A DNA stretch of 63,623 bases, counting the filler, from Nemertoderma westbladi (taxonomy: Eukaryota > Animalia > Xenacoelomorpha), in NCBI GenBank assembly GCA_032718475.1. It is 4 parts of 4 records of this genome, joined end to end, with 100 filler letters (N's around TTAATTAATTAA, not from the genome) between each part and the next. Parts side by side here need not be neighbours in the genome. Positions count along the whole stretch, not along the records: positions 1 to 15,847 come from JAUCBJ010007070.1; positions 15,948 to 33,531 come from JAUCBJ010003903.1; 2 more parts are not named here. One strand, given 5' to 3'. The notes beneath the pieces were generated by a model. The model did no database searches. It saw only the letters and a program-made list of their open reading frames with translations, and was not told where the DNA came from. Shown here in pieces: positions 13,362-24,939 of this stretch. Position 1 is the first letter of the stretch. The number at the start of each line of letters is the position of its first letter. Both the position numbers and the translations under genes were made by a program.

Positions 13362-15836
13362 TTACCACCCCGTGTCAAAATTGTTAATGTATTGTGTGTT
13401 AATCTTAGGTCGTATATCCTTGATGTATGATTTTTCTTTAATTTTCCTATCTACCCAATCCTTACATCGTGCTAGAATTCTAATGCTGAAAGGTATTTCT
13501 CTCTGTGTATCTGTAGTGTTGGGGTGGTGTTTTATGTAGTGGTCCTTCATGGCTGATGTGGCTTTCCCTGTGATGTTTCTGACTGCGTTACGGTGTTGTG
13601 AGATGCGTGAGCGTATTTGTGTGCTGGTTTCGCCTACATAAACCTCTCCACATTGGCTACAGGTGAGTGAATACACCACGTTCTTAGTGGTACACTGTGC
13701 AGGGCCATTCGTACAGGTAAAGCACTTGTGTGTGGGTGCGGGGCACTTCGGTGGGTTTAGGGTGGACCTCGTGAGAAGTTGTTGTAGCTTGGGCCCAGGG
13801 GTTGTCACTACTCTAGTACATCCTGCTAACCGGGACTTGTGGACTACCGCCTGTACCTGCCTCTTGATGTCTTCATTTATGAAGGGGACTACCAACGGTA
13901 TGGGTGTGGTCCCTACCGCTGGGGGTGGGTGTCGTGTGTTGTTACGTGGGTGGAGTACTGTATGAATGAGTTTATCTACTATCGCGGGTGGGTAATCGTT
14001 GTTAATTAACAGCTGTCGGACCTTGCTAACCCCTCGGTTTCTCCCCCCCTCCGTCGATCCGTATTGTATCCCTCTGGCTACTGCTTGTCGGGCCGTGTTG
14101 TTAATCATAGATTTGGGGTGGTTACTAAAGTAATTGAGGATTATCCCTACATTAGCTGGTTTGGTATATAGTTCAAAGTCAATTTTACCCTCTTGGTTGA
14201 CTGTCGTTAGGACATCTAGGAACGGAATACTAGTGTACGACTGTTCGATGGTATACTTAATAGTCTTGTGACAAGAATTAAGGTATTCCATGAACAGGCG
14301 TAACTCTTCTTCCCCATGCTCCCAAATTGACCACCCGTCATCCAGGAATCTATACCAGCACACGGGTTTAAGGTGGTACCTCTCTAAAAACCCTAGTTCG
14401 ATACTATGTACGTAAATAATCGCAAAGGGTGGGGCTAGTCTGTTCCCCATCCCCATGCCCTTAATTTGTAGGTAATATTTGCCGTCAAAATGGAAAAATG
14501 AGCATTCCAGGCTCGTAGTTAATAACCCAAAAACATCCGTAATATCCAAACCGAACATATTGATGTCCGCTTTGTGCCGGTTGATGAAGTCTGTGACCAC
14601 ATCTATCCCTTCGCCGACCGGTATGTTGGTGTACATTGCCTTAATGTCAGTACTAAAAATAATATCTCCTGGGGACAATGGCGGCAGTTCGGACACCCGT
14701 TCGATAAAGTCCCTCGTGTTCCGTAGTCGCTCCGGAACGAATTTCAGCGCTTGGGTGAGGATCTGGCAGAGCAACCACGCTGGTTTCTCCGCTGCTGACC
14801 CGCAGGCTGATGATATCGGCCTCATGGGGTTGTCGGGTTTATGGGTCTTTGGGTTACAGTACAGTTCTGGAGCGCGTGGTTGGTGGGTTACGAGTAGCCC
14901 GGATAGGTACTGCTGGTTGGGTTTACATAGTATCCCTTTGATCCCGTGTTTAACCCGTGACGATTCCTTCGGGTTGGGGTCCCTCGTTAGCGGGCGATAG
15001 GATTCCCGATCACTTAGGATGTCAGTCTTGACCTTGTCTATATACCCAGCTCGGTCCAGGACAGCGAAACCCCCACTCTTATCGGTTCGCTTGACTATAA
15101 TGTCGGTGGATGTTCGTATAGCCTCGACGGCCTCCCTTTCGCAGCGACTGAGGTTGTGACGTGGTGGAAGGTTCTTCCTCTGATAGTTGGAGTAAACCGA
15201 GAGGATGGCGGCCTTGAGTTCGTCTAATTCTTGTTCCAGTAATGGTGGGATCGATGGTGGTTTAGATCGGTATACATCTGGGAATGGTATCTTCATAAAC
15301 TTCGACTTCGGCTTCGTTGTTGTCGAGGCGGTCCCGGGTGTGGTCCCAGGTGTTGTAGTCCCGGTGTACGTTGTCCCACTGGCGGTCCCGGCGTGCGTCG
15401 TCCCACTGGCGGTCCCGGCGTTCGTCGTCCCACTGGCGGTCCCGGCGTTCGTCGTCCCACTGGCGGTCCCGGCGTTCGTCGTCCCACTGGCGGTCCCAGC
15501 GTTCGTCGTCCCACTGGCGGTCCCGGCGTGCGTCGTCCCACTGGCGGTCCCGGCGTTCGTCGTCCCACTGGCGGTCCCGGCGTTCGTCGTTCCACTGGTG
15601 GTCCCGGCGTCCGTCGTCCCACTCGTAGTCCCGGTGTTAGCCGTTCCACTCGTGGTCTCGAGTTCGCGATTCTCTATGTCGTATCTCCATTTGACACCGT
15701 ACGCGAGTCGATCCAAGGCCACCTCGACGGTCTTCATCACTCGAGGGTTGACCTGCGTCGTCAGCGCATACTTCGGCCCCTTGCTCAGGAGGCTCCGTGT
15801 CCCTTCTGGTAGAGGCGTCGATGTAATAACGCACAC
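13362..15836 (-). mobile_element. Penelope-like retroelement ORF (RT + GIY-YIG endonuclease), Neptune-like; 5' end cut by the linker
   Basis: LLSKGPKYA N-terminal motif, PELYCNPKTHK..PMRPI, STDIKAMYTNIP, QIKGMGMGNRLAP, WYRFLDD, IPFLDV, Cys-rich linker, then NVVYSLTCSQCGEVYVGET; uninterrupted 824 aa. Confidence 0.93.
15362..15655 (-). repeat. 27-bp in-frame tandem repeat (ASGTTNAGT)n, ~10-11 units, inside the PLE ORF
   Basis: gtcccactggcggtcccggcgttcgtc repeated. Confidence 0.95.
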
Positions 15837-15847
15837 TCTGCTGTGCG

Positions 15848-15947
15848 NNNNNNNNNNNNNNNNNNNNNNNNNNNNNNNNNNNNNNNNNNNNTTAATTAAT
15901 TAANNNNNNNNNNNNNNNNNNNNNNNNNNNNNNNNNNNNNNNNNNNN
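15848..15947. other. Artificial contig linker (N44-TTAATTAATTAA-N44)
   Basis: Identical 100-bp structure three times; the core gives stop codons in all six frames. Confidence 0.95.
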
Positions 15948-16033
15948 GATAATAATTAACAGTGCACTTAATAGATCTAAAAATTCCTCGATCCCAAAAA
16001 AATTAATTACCCTGTCGAAACGACAGATGAGGG

Positions 16034-16168
16034 TAGTCACCCCATAAAGTTGACTTTAAGCAATATTGGGAGCACGAGGTTGATTGCCAATCAACCTCGT
16101 GTCACCCCAATAAGCGGGGACGACAAACCGCAGGGAAACACACACAATAGGGGTCAGAGGTTATACCC
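16034..16168 (+). repeat. Left 135-bp inverted repeat
   Basis: tagtcaccccataaagttgac...ggttataccc is the reverse complement of 19173-19307 with one mismatch. Confidence 0.95.
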
Positions 16169-16220
16169 GACGGCTCGCTATCCGTCCTCGCTCTCCTGTC
16201 GTTCGCGACGACACCTTCTT

Positions 16221-18643
16221 CTACTCTCTTCCCTTCTTCTCTCCATGCAGCGCAGTATTCCCGCTCGTGAGATCTCTCGTCGACCTCCCGGTTAAACTCC
16301 ACTGTTCTTCTTCCCTCTTCTGATCAGGCTCGAAGTCTCGTCGCTCGCCCTCTCGCAACGTCATCCTGTCTCTCTCTGCTCGGTCGCACGCCGCTGGGGA
16401 TACTCGCAATCCCCCTATTATTCTCCATTGCCGGGTGCTGCGGTTCACCTAATCGCCCCGCGCATTATCCGTCGATGCCTGTGGGGCACTCACTACCCCC
16501 CCCTCGCCGCTAATCTCTCGTTGTGGGGCTCCTGTAGCCCCTCCCCCCCCCCCCCCCCCCCCCCACTCGCCACCTATCACTCCACTACCTCTTATTTCAC
16601 TTCTACACCCCTCTCTAGTCGACACACTAACCCTACTGCGGCCGGGTCTATTCACCCCTGCCTCTCCCTCTACTACTGCGTGGCCTACCAGGCCCCCCTC
16701 GGGTTGACTCAACCCCGCCACTTCCTTCCTACTGACTACGTGGCCTACCAGGCCCCTCTCTGGTTGACTCAACCCCACCACTTCCTGCCTACTAACTACG
16801 TGGCCTACCAGGCCCCCCTCAGGTTGACTCAACCCCGCCACTTCCTGCCTACTTACTACGTGGCCTACCAGGCCCTCATTGGGGTTTCTCACCCCCACCA
16901 CCTACTGACTGCGTGGCCTACCAGGCCCTCATTTGCCGGGCTATGCACGTCCGTCACGCTCATATTAATAGCACCATTATCAGTATTATTTGTTAAATCG
17001 ATTAAATCCTCCAGATCAATTAAATTATTTTGCACACCTAAATCAGAAACGGTATTATTTTGTTCGTTCGAAATAAGATTATTTGAATTATTTTGTAAAT
17101 TCGGGTTTAGACTATTATTTAAATTATTTCCTACGTTTATATTAGAATCATTCGGATTTAAATTACTACTGTCGGGCAAAATACTATTTCCTGCAATGAA
17201 AGTTTGGTTAGAGTTATCCATTACGGCACTATTAATATTAACGTTCTCTACTGTATTATTATTATTACCCCCCCCCCCCCCCCCCCCCCCCCCGCCCATA
17301 CGGTCACACCAGTCTCAGGTCTGTCGTGCGGTCCCTGTAAGTGGGGTATTAATAAATGTTTCCACAACCCTTGGCTCCTCGTAAATACTCGAGCCAGCCT
17401 CGCTCTCTGACAATCCCATCTGCGCCAGTTCCAGTCTGCGCTTCTGTTTGGCTTGATATTGCATAAGCCCCTTCAACTGGGCGTGCATATCTTCCCACAC
17501 ACGCTTCACGGTTATCTCTCTCTCCATGTCCTCCCGCGTACTCTGATCGACTAACTCGGCCTTTCTCACAACTCTCTCAAGTCGTCTCACCTCACGTTCT
17601 CTTCGCTCATTCTCCGCCCTCACCTCGTACTCCTTACGTTCCGCCTCACGCTCTTTGCGTTCACTCTCTTGCTCCTTCCTTTCCCTCATTCCCATTTCTT
17701 CACACTCCTTAAACTCTCTCGCGACCCTCTCGGCCCTCTCTCTGTTCTCTCTAACCAGTTCTTTCTCCTTCTCTAGTAACGCACTCCCTTCCTCTAGCTG
17801 TCTCTCTAATTCTCTCTGGTCTAGCGCCGCCAGATCGAGTTGGCACGCCAGATCTATTTCCAGCACCTGTCTTTCTTTTGCGGAGGATGTAGCAGACTTA
17901 TGGGTTACGACGGACTCCCTCCGCCTTCCCGTCCTACTAACTTTCCCCCGCCTCCCAGAACTTTCTCCGACCGACGAGACCGAATCCTAGGGGTTAACCT
18001 CGGATTTGCCCTCCTGCAGTCCCCTCCAACCCACTAATTTTATTCCCCGGGCATCGACTAAGTATGGCCCTATGTACACTACACCAGGCTCCATACCCCT
18101 ACATTCCCATAGTTCAAACAGTTCGCTGGCAACCCCTCTCGCTCTCTCATCGGCTAGTTCTCCCTGCCCAAAGCACACTAAGTAGTTAAAATGTTTATTC
18201 GACTCACCTAGCCGCTTCTCTAACTTCACCTGGTCTATCTCAGCCCCTCCTTTGGCTTCTCTTAGTTGCTTCCAGGTCGCGTTGTAAGCCCGTCGGAGCC
18301 GGTCGCTAACCCCGACGTCCTCGTCGCTGACGTCTCCTCTATTCCTCCGTGTCCGGCGTCGTACCGGCGGCCCCACCGTCGCCGTTCCGGTGGGCCTTCC
18401 GTCGCCCTCAGCCTGTGGCTGGCCGGCGACATCAGCACGTCGACCGCCGTCGTGTGTCGACTTGTCTCTCTCCCCCCTCGACTCGTTCGCTCGTTATAGA
18501 TGGCCCTCATCCTCTTGGATTGCCGAATCGCCTATGGTCGACGGATTCGGCGTCGTGGGTCGGTACCGTCGCGTCGCGGCCTCGCGGATCGTTAGATCGC
18601 CATCCGGGTCCGCGGCGGTGTCGTTTCTCCTTCTCGACTCATC
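16221..18643 (-). pseudogene. Disrupted Gag-like N-terminal region, BEL/Pao LTR retrotransposon-like
   Basis: Chain of minus-strand ORFs; EVNP*DSVSSVGESSGR...SATSSAKER followed by a long E/R coiled coil, resembling the P-x-DSVS / Ser-rich / coiled-coil start of BEL/Pao polyproteins; in-frame stop at ~17987 and frameshifts at poly-G runs; no pol domains. Confidence 0.5.
16678..16930. repeat. 60-bp tandem repeat, ~4 units, encoding EGGLVGHVVSRQEVAGLSQP on the minus strand
   Basis: cgtggcctaccaggccc...ttgactcaacccc at ~16679, 16739, 16799 and 16859. Confidence 0.9.
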
Positions 18644-18748
18644 TTATCTTTAGTCTCTAGTTGTCGGTGGCTGTTAGTTAGAGTTTCTATTGCGGTATCG
18701 GGCAACTGCTGGTTCTTAACACTTAGGGCAGTTGTTGGGTCTTAACAC

Positions 18749-19241
18749 TGTGACGGGATCCACCGAGGATCCCGGTTTATCCGGTTATCTTGACTACGCG
18801 TCCCCGCCGTGTGCATGTGAAAGGAGTTCTGATTGAGAGTCTTATTGTTCTTGGTATGTATAATAATGGTAATAAAGTATAAGCACAGATGTTTGATATA
18901 ACTGAATGAGTACCGGTAAGATAGCAACTGAATGATGATGGTGGCAGTGGATGGAGACGGTGTTAAGAGTTCCCGTTCTGCCCTAACTAAACTGACTAAC
19001 TGAATGACTGAAAATGGGAAACAGTAACTGGTAATATATATTGCACTGGTTGGCCGTATTACATTACTCAGTGGATGCCTGCCCCCCATTGGCTAATAAC
19101 CCACTTCTCGCCTCCCACCTCTCTGTGAGTGTTCCCCCCCCCCCCCCCCGCTGCTGTTACTCTCTCTCCTCGGGGTATAACCTCTGACCCCTATTGTGTG
19201 TGTTTCCCTGCGGTTTGTCGTCCCCACTTATTGGGGTGACA
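18749..19241 (-). mobile_element. Putative LTR upstream of the gag-like ORFs
   Basis: Minus strand begins TGTCAC and ends GTCACA; contains CCAAT and an AATATATA element; followed by gtgttaaga and then the gag-like ATG. Confidence 0.4.
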
Positions 19242-19307
19242 CGAGGTTGATTGGCAATCAACCTCGTGCTCCCAATATTGCTTAAAGTCAACTTTATGGG
19301 GTGACTA
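19173..19307 (-). repeat. Right 135-bp inverted repeat
   Basis: Reverse complement of 16034-16168; contains the perfect hairpin cacgaggttgattg-g-caatcaacctcgtg. Confidence 0.95.
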
Positions 19308-19331
19308 GCAGAATTGAATTCGCTAACATGT

Positions 19332-22300
19332 CGAGTTACTAAGTATAAACCATTTGAAAATATCCTAAATATGAAAGGTATAGATTACCCAGTCTCTCTA
19401 TAGTCAATTAACAAATTTGAAAAAAAAAACAATTATGCTATTAATGTATTTTGTATTGAAGATAAGAAAGCTCTTCTTCCCCTTCGTATTAGTAATTTCA
19501 GAGATAGAGAGCAGATAGACTTGTTGCTTCTTACAGATGGTAAGAAACAACATTATACTTTAATTACAAATTTTTCATCATTTTTAAATGGCTTCATTCA
19601 AACAAATACATCGCTTACTCGCTCGTTTTTTTACTGTCGGAATTGTCTGAGAAGTTTCTTTAAAACAGAAGGTCTACAAAAGCATGAAGAATTATGTTAT
19701 GGGAATAAATCAGCAAAAATCATCATGCCTATAAAAAACAAAAATAATATTCTAAAATTCGAAAAGTATTGGTATAAGTCAAAGCTACCTTTTGTTATTG
19801 TTGCAGACTTTGAAAGCATAAATGTACCAATGAACCAGAATGATGTATTATGCAAACAAATTCCTTATTCATTTGGGCTTCACATAAAGTCAGAATACCA
19901 AGAGATTCTAAAGGATATATACATTACATATAGTGGACCAGATGTTGTTGAGAAATTCTTAGACAAGATTCTCTATTATAATAATGTTATAGGGTCAATA
20001 TTTACAAAGTATACAGAATATCCTAAACCCTATAATTTAACAGTAGAAGAAAAGTCCAACTATCAAAATGAACTCAGATGTCATTTTTGTAAACAATCGT
20101 TTGATGTTAAGATTTGCCAGGGGTAAAAATGTAATTGTGATAAAGTTGTTGACCACTGCCACTATTCTGGAAAGTATCGAGGTGCAGCACATACATGTTG
20201 TAATTTACATGAAGGTAAAGCTACAAAGTTCATTCCTGTCTATTTTCAGAATTTATCAGGTTATGACAGTCATCTGTTTGTAAAAGAATTGGCACTTAAA
20301 CTAACAAAGAAGCAGCATTTAAAAATTCTCCCTAAAACACTTGACGAATATATTTATTTCCAATTTGATAATTTACGATTTTTAGATACCTACAGATTCT
20401 TCCAGAAATCATTAGCAGATGTTGTGGAATCGATGCGGGAATCAGATTTAAACATTACAAGAAGACATTTTTCAGATGATAAACAATTCTCTTTGATGAA
20501 AAAGAAGGTGTATATCCATATGAATATTTTACATCATTAGAACAATTTAAAGAGACAAAACTACCTCCTAAAGAAAAATTTTATTCAAAGTTACGAAATG
20601 ATGATATTTCAAAAAAGGAATATTTACATTCTGAATATGTTTGGAATACTTTCAATTGCAAAACCTTGCAAGAATACCATGACCTATACCTCAAAGCAGA
20701 TGTGTTGCTATTAGCTGATTGCTTTGAAAAGTTTAGAAATATCTTTCTTGAACATCATGAAATTGACCCTTGTCACTGTTACTCAACTCCAGGTTTGACT
20801 TGGCAATGTGGTTTAAAATATACTGGAGTACAATTGGAATTGCTTACTGATTATGATATGTTACTAATGTTTGAAAAAGGGATCAGTGGTGGTTTTTCTG
20901 GAGTTTTAGGTGAGAGAATTATAAAAGCAATAAAAGCAAACAATAAGTATTTGTCACACTTTGATAAAAATAACCCTTCAAATTTTCTACTCTATTTGGA
21001 TGCAAATAATCTATATGGGTGGGCGATGAGTCAACAGCTTCCAATAAGGGATTTCAAGTGGGAAGATCCAAATACTTTTAACTATGACAAACCATAGACA
21101 AGTTACATTATTGGAATGTGATCTTGACTATTCAGATACAAATCTCAAATTCAAAACTAGACACCTCCCCTTAGCTCCAGAAAAAAGACTGATTCAAAAC
21201 TCTGAACTGAGTGATTATCAGACAAACCTCCTTGGGGTAAATGATGAAAAATTGGGAAATATACCAAAGCTAATTCTTGATGTTAATAATAAATACAAAT
21301 ATGTTATTCATCACAGACTATTAGAATTTTATAAATCCATGGGACTGAGAGTTTCAAAAATTCATAGAGTAATCTCATTCATCGAAGAAGCTTGGTTGAA
21401 ACCATATATTGATTTTAACACACAGCAAAGGACATTGGCTAAGACTAATTTTGAGAAAGATTTATGGAAGTTGATGAATAATAGCTTTTATGGGAAAACT
21501 GTAGAAAATATTCGTGATAGGGTAAATGTAGAAATTGTAAATTCAGAGGAAAGAGGGTTGAAAATTCAAAGTCATCCATTATATAAAGGTGTAACTATAT
21601 TAAATAAGGATCTTGCCATTTATCAAAAACATATCAAGAAAGTTCCTTTTGATAAGCCCCTATATCTTGGAATGTTTATTTTGGATTTGTCAAAGCTATT
21701 AATGTATGAATACTATTACAATGTTATTAATAAAAGATGGCCAATGAATCAAGTACTATATCAAGATACTGATGCTCTCTTTCTAAATATACTGATGATG
21801 TTTATAAAGATATGGAAGATATCAAATATACATTGGATACTTCAGGATATCCACAAGATCATTCACTTTATAGTAATAAAATAAAAAGGTGGTCGGTAAA
21901 TTCAAAGAAGGGCTAAGTGGTAAAATAATAGCAGATGCATGCTTTATAAGGTCAAAACAGTTTTCGTTCAGAACAGAAGAAATGACAGTGAAAGTAGTTA
22001 GAAAGCTTCAGAATATTGTGAAAGATTTTGTTTGTGATAATTATAATTCCATTCACTCAAGCAAACCTAAAATCAATACAACTAAACGATTGAAGGGGAT
22101 TACTAAATCAGTCGTTGAGAAACAAATAATCTATGAGGATTATGAAAATATATTGAAAGGTACAAACAATAATATATATCGAGAGGTAACATTTTTGGGA
22201 AGTAAAAATCATGAAATATATCTACAATCTTTAAAAAAGAAGGCATTCACTGCTTTTGATGATAAAAGATTTATTGATTTTAATGGTATCACTACATATC

Positions 22301-22332
22301 CACATGGACTCGAAAAATTATATTTCATATAA
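19332..22332 (+). pseudogene. Protein-primed family B DNA polymerase (Maverick pPolB), multiply frameshifted
   Basis: IDYPVSL*SINKFEK, VIVADFES, RFLDTYRF, YHDLYLKADVLLLADCFEKFR, YLDANNLYGWAMSQ, KLMNNSFYGKT, YQDTDA, KGITKSV, FDDKRF; stop at 19401 and several frameshifts. Confidence 0.95.
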
Positions 22333-22337
22333 TTAAA

Positions 22338-23793
22338 ATGAATATAGCTTACTTCTTAAAAAGATTTGGGAAAAACTCAACAACCAACTTTCAGTTAATC
22401 AAGTATGCAAAAGAACTAAAAATACCAAATTTCTATATATGTATGATGGCCGCATATCTACTGCACTAAAACACCATATTATCATATGTGAGAGAACAAT
22501 TAATAAATTTGCAATATTTTGCAGTAAGAATACATCACTCCCATTCGCTTTAAAGAAAAAGGTTTTTGATGCATGTATAATATCTTCTATTTTATATGGT
22601 TGTGAAACGTGGTTGTCTGTTAATGCATGTACTAAGCAAATTGAACCGGTCTTCAATAGGTTAATTAAAATTTTACTTTCAGTACGTCAACAAACACCAA
22701 TTGATTTGTGCTTAATTGAGTTTAATATCCCACCACTTAGTCACTATATTGTAAATGCTAGACTTAAATATGTGAAAAATATGTTTAGGTTACCCGTGCA
22801 CGATACTGATGTGCCTTTATATTATATTTATGATCTTTGTAAAGCTGCAAACACTCCCGGATATCGTTGTTTAATGTCAGCACTTGACTACAAGGTCGAT
22901 GACCCCCTAACTTCCGTCCGTTTACGTGTATTAAATAAACCACTTTCAGCTACCAAGTTCCGTACTTACAGTGACACTATCAACCCTGGCCTTACTGCTC
23001 ATCCACTATACAGTTGCTTGAAACCCGTCATCCCAGACTTTAAACGTGTCCATTTCACCAGACTCCGTCTCATGTCACATAGACTCCGAGTGGAAACTGG
23101 TCGATGGACTCGTGTTGCTCCTGAGTTACGTGTTTGCTATTGTGATAATACCTCTGTACAAAATGAACACCACGTACTATTAAAATGCCCGATATCTGAA
23201 CACATTAGAATTAAGTTTGTACAGTTAGATTTCACCGATTTATCTTCATTATTTTCTACCGATTTACTAGTTGATCTGTGCAGTTATGTCTCTGAAGTCC
23301 TATGTCTTTATTATTGAATTAATCTAGTGCTAATTACTCTAGTTATTGATATTATTTCACGTATTAATTATTGTGCTATATATATATATTATTCAGAAAT
23401 TGATTTGGAATTGTGCGCCATTATTATGATATTATAGGCCGGACGGGCCGCATACCGTCTACTACTACTACTATGCGAGATGAAATTAATGATTTACCAA
23501 CAAGCCAAACACCCTTAAATGTAATCACAAATATCCATACCTTAGATGAAAGGGGTATTCATTGGAGTGCTTTTCATTGAAATCATAACAATGTATGTTA
23601 CTATTTTGATTCCTATGGTCTACCTCCATTAACAGAAATTATTGATATATTCCCAAGCAAAACAGAAAAGATTCGAAATACTTTTAGTGTTCAAAATTTT
23701 AATGAATCACATTGTGGTCAGTTGTCATTATATGTTTTGTATAAACTAAACCTTGGGGGTGATTTCATAGATATAATTCTAAATTTAAAGTGA
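22338..23793 (+). pseudogene. Adenain-type (C5) cysteine protease, split by a LINE insertion
   Basis: Joining 22338-22445 to 23476-23793 gives ...ELKIPNFYICM|RDEINDLP...GIHWSAFH*...YYFDSYGLPP...VQNFNESHCGQL (His, Asp, Gln and Cys catalytic motifs). Confidence 0.88.
22446..23471 (+). mobile_element. 5'-truncated non-LTR retrotransposon (RTE-X-like C-terminus with zinc finger), (CTA)n tail
   Basis: SSILYGCETW, RLRLMSHRLRVETGRW..RVCYCD..VQNEHHVLLKCP; ORF ends 23317; ctactactactacta tail; tatg present at both junctions. Confidence 0.85.
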
Positions 23794-23796
23794 GAT

Positions 23797-24040
23797 ATAT
23801 CAATCATTTCTCATCATTCCTATTTTCTGAAAACATTTACCAGTCATTTTATAAACTTTAGCATTTGGATGTAAAAAAGTTTAGATTGTATACTTCAGGA
23901 CATTGATATTGGAATAACATCAGATGAATTTAAAAAAACTTGCTTCTAAACAGTGGTATGATCCTGAAGAGTTTAAATATATTTTAATAAATACTGGAAA
24001 GAAAAGAGATGAGCATTGTTATACAAGTATTTTTTTCTAG
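23797..24040 (+). pseudogene. C-terminal remnant of the Maverick packaging ATPase
   Basis: Frameshifted LDCILQDIDIGITSDEFKK/LASKQWYDPEEFKYILINT resembles the Maverick ATPase C-terminus; Walker A/B region absent. Confidence 0.45.
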
Positions 24041-24053
24041 TGATATTAAAAAG

Positions 24054-24790
24054 ATGTCATATATTAACAAATTAGATGATTTACATGATGTAAGAAAAAA
24101 AGTGAAAAACACATTCCTGAAGAATAAATTAACACAACAAAATTCAATGGACAGCATTAACCTGTACACTCAACCAATAATCACAGAACAAGAAAAAGTT
24201 CAAGAGTAAAGTACTTTACAAACCGACAGAGTAATCAAGTCTTTAGACAATGGAATGGTTCTGAACAAAGAATTCAGAAGTTTCAAGATAAATTTCGAAT
24301 AGATTTTCGAAATATTGATCACAACTTGCCAAAAACGATTCGTCCAGTATTTTCACAAGATGGATTCAAAATAGGTGGTAAAACTGTAGAGGTGGATAAA
24401 ACTCGTTGGCTAATGAGAATTCAAGGAAAGCGTAATACATATGCAATTACTCAAGTACTTGTGGATTTAGTAAAAGGATTACCACTTGTAGAATATTCAG
24501 TTATTCAGCTGAAAGAATATCAAGACTTGCTAGATGAGGTGGAGGGTTCCATCCGGAGCAAAAGGGTGAGACAATTAAATAGAATGATTAATCAGGGTGG
24601 TGGGTTTAAATTTATATCTGATGATGTATTTGAATTAAAATCCAGACTAGAAAAATTACTGTCTGCGGCTAGAGAAGGACATTCAAATGTATTTAATGAG
24701 GGATTGGCAATTCTGAAGAGACTATTTGAAAAAGATGTAATATCACTAAATGACTTCAGGAGGCAATCAAAAATATTTAATCTTGCCTAA
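24054..24790 (+). pseudogene. Conserved Maverick hypothetical protein
   Basis: C-terminal GGGFKFISDDVFELKSRLEKLLSAAREGHSNVFNEGLAILKRL resembles a motif recurrent in Maverick ORFs; stop at ~24207 and a frameshift. Confidence 0.6.
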
Positions 24791-24796
24791 TTAAAA

Positions 24797-24930
24797 ATGG
24801 CAACAGAGGTAATGGAAAATTTAATTAATTTGCTTAATAATAAATATGAAGACACATTCCATATCATCTCTACTAACAGTAAAATCAGAAAAATATTTCA
24901 AATTCCACTTCAACTAAACCCTAATAAGGA
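24797..24930 (+). pseudogene. N-terminal stub of the minor capsid (penton) protein
   Basis: TFHIISTNSKIRKIFQIPLQLNPNK resembles the Maverick penton start; abruptly joined to PLA2 sequence at a cctaata duplication. Confidence 0.5.
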
Positions 24931-24939
24931 TCCTAATAG

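Noticed and set aside
13663-15903. Plus-strand ORFs over the PLE, and short ORFs overlapping ELYS, the capsid and the RTE
   Set aside because: Antisense or alternative-frame shadows of real coding sequence.
16011-16033. Possible hammerhead ribozyme (ctgtcgaaacgacagatgag), and similar cagatgacgaaa motifs at ~31602 and ~53937
   Set aside because: The CUGANGA core and three-stem arrangement could not be assembled.
16034-19307. The 135-bp inverted repeats as the Maverick TIRs or parvoviral hairpin ends
   Set aside because: Both copies lie on one side of the Maverick genes, lack AG/AGT-type termini and a 6-bp TSD, and enclose no NS1 or capsid gene.
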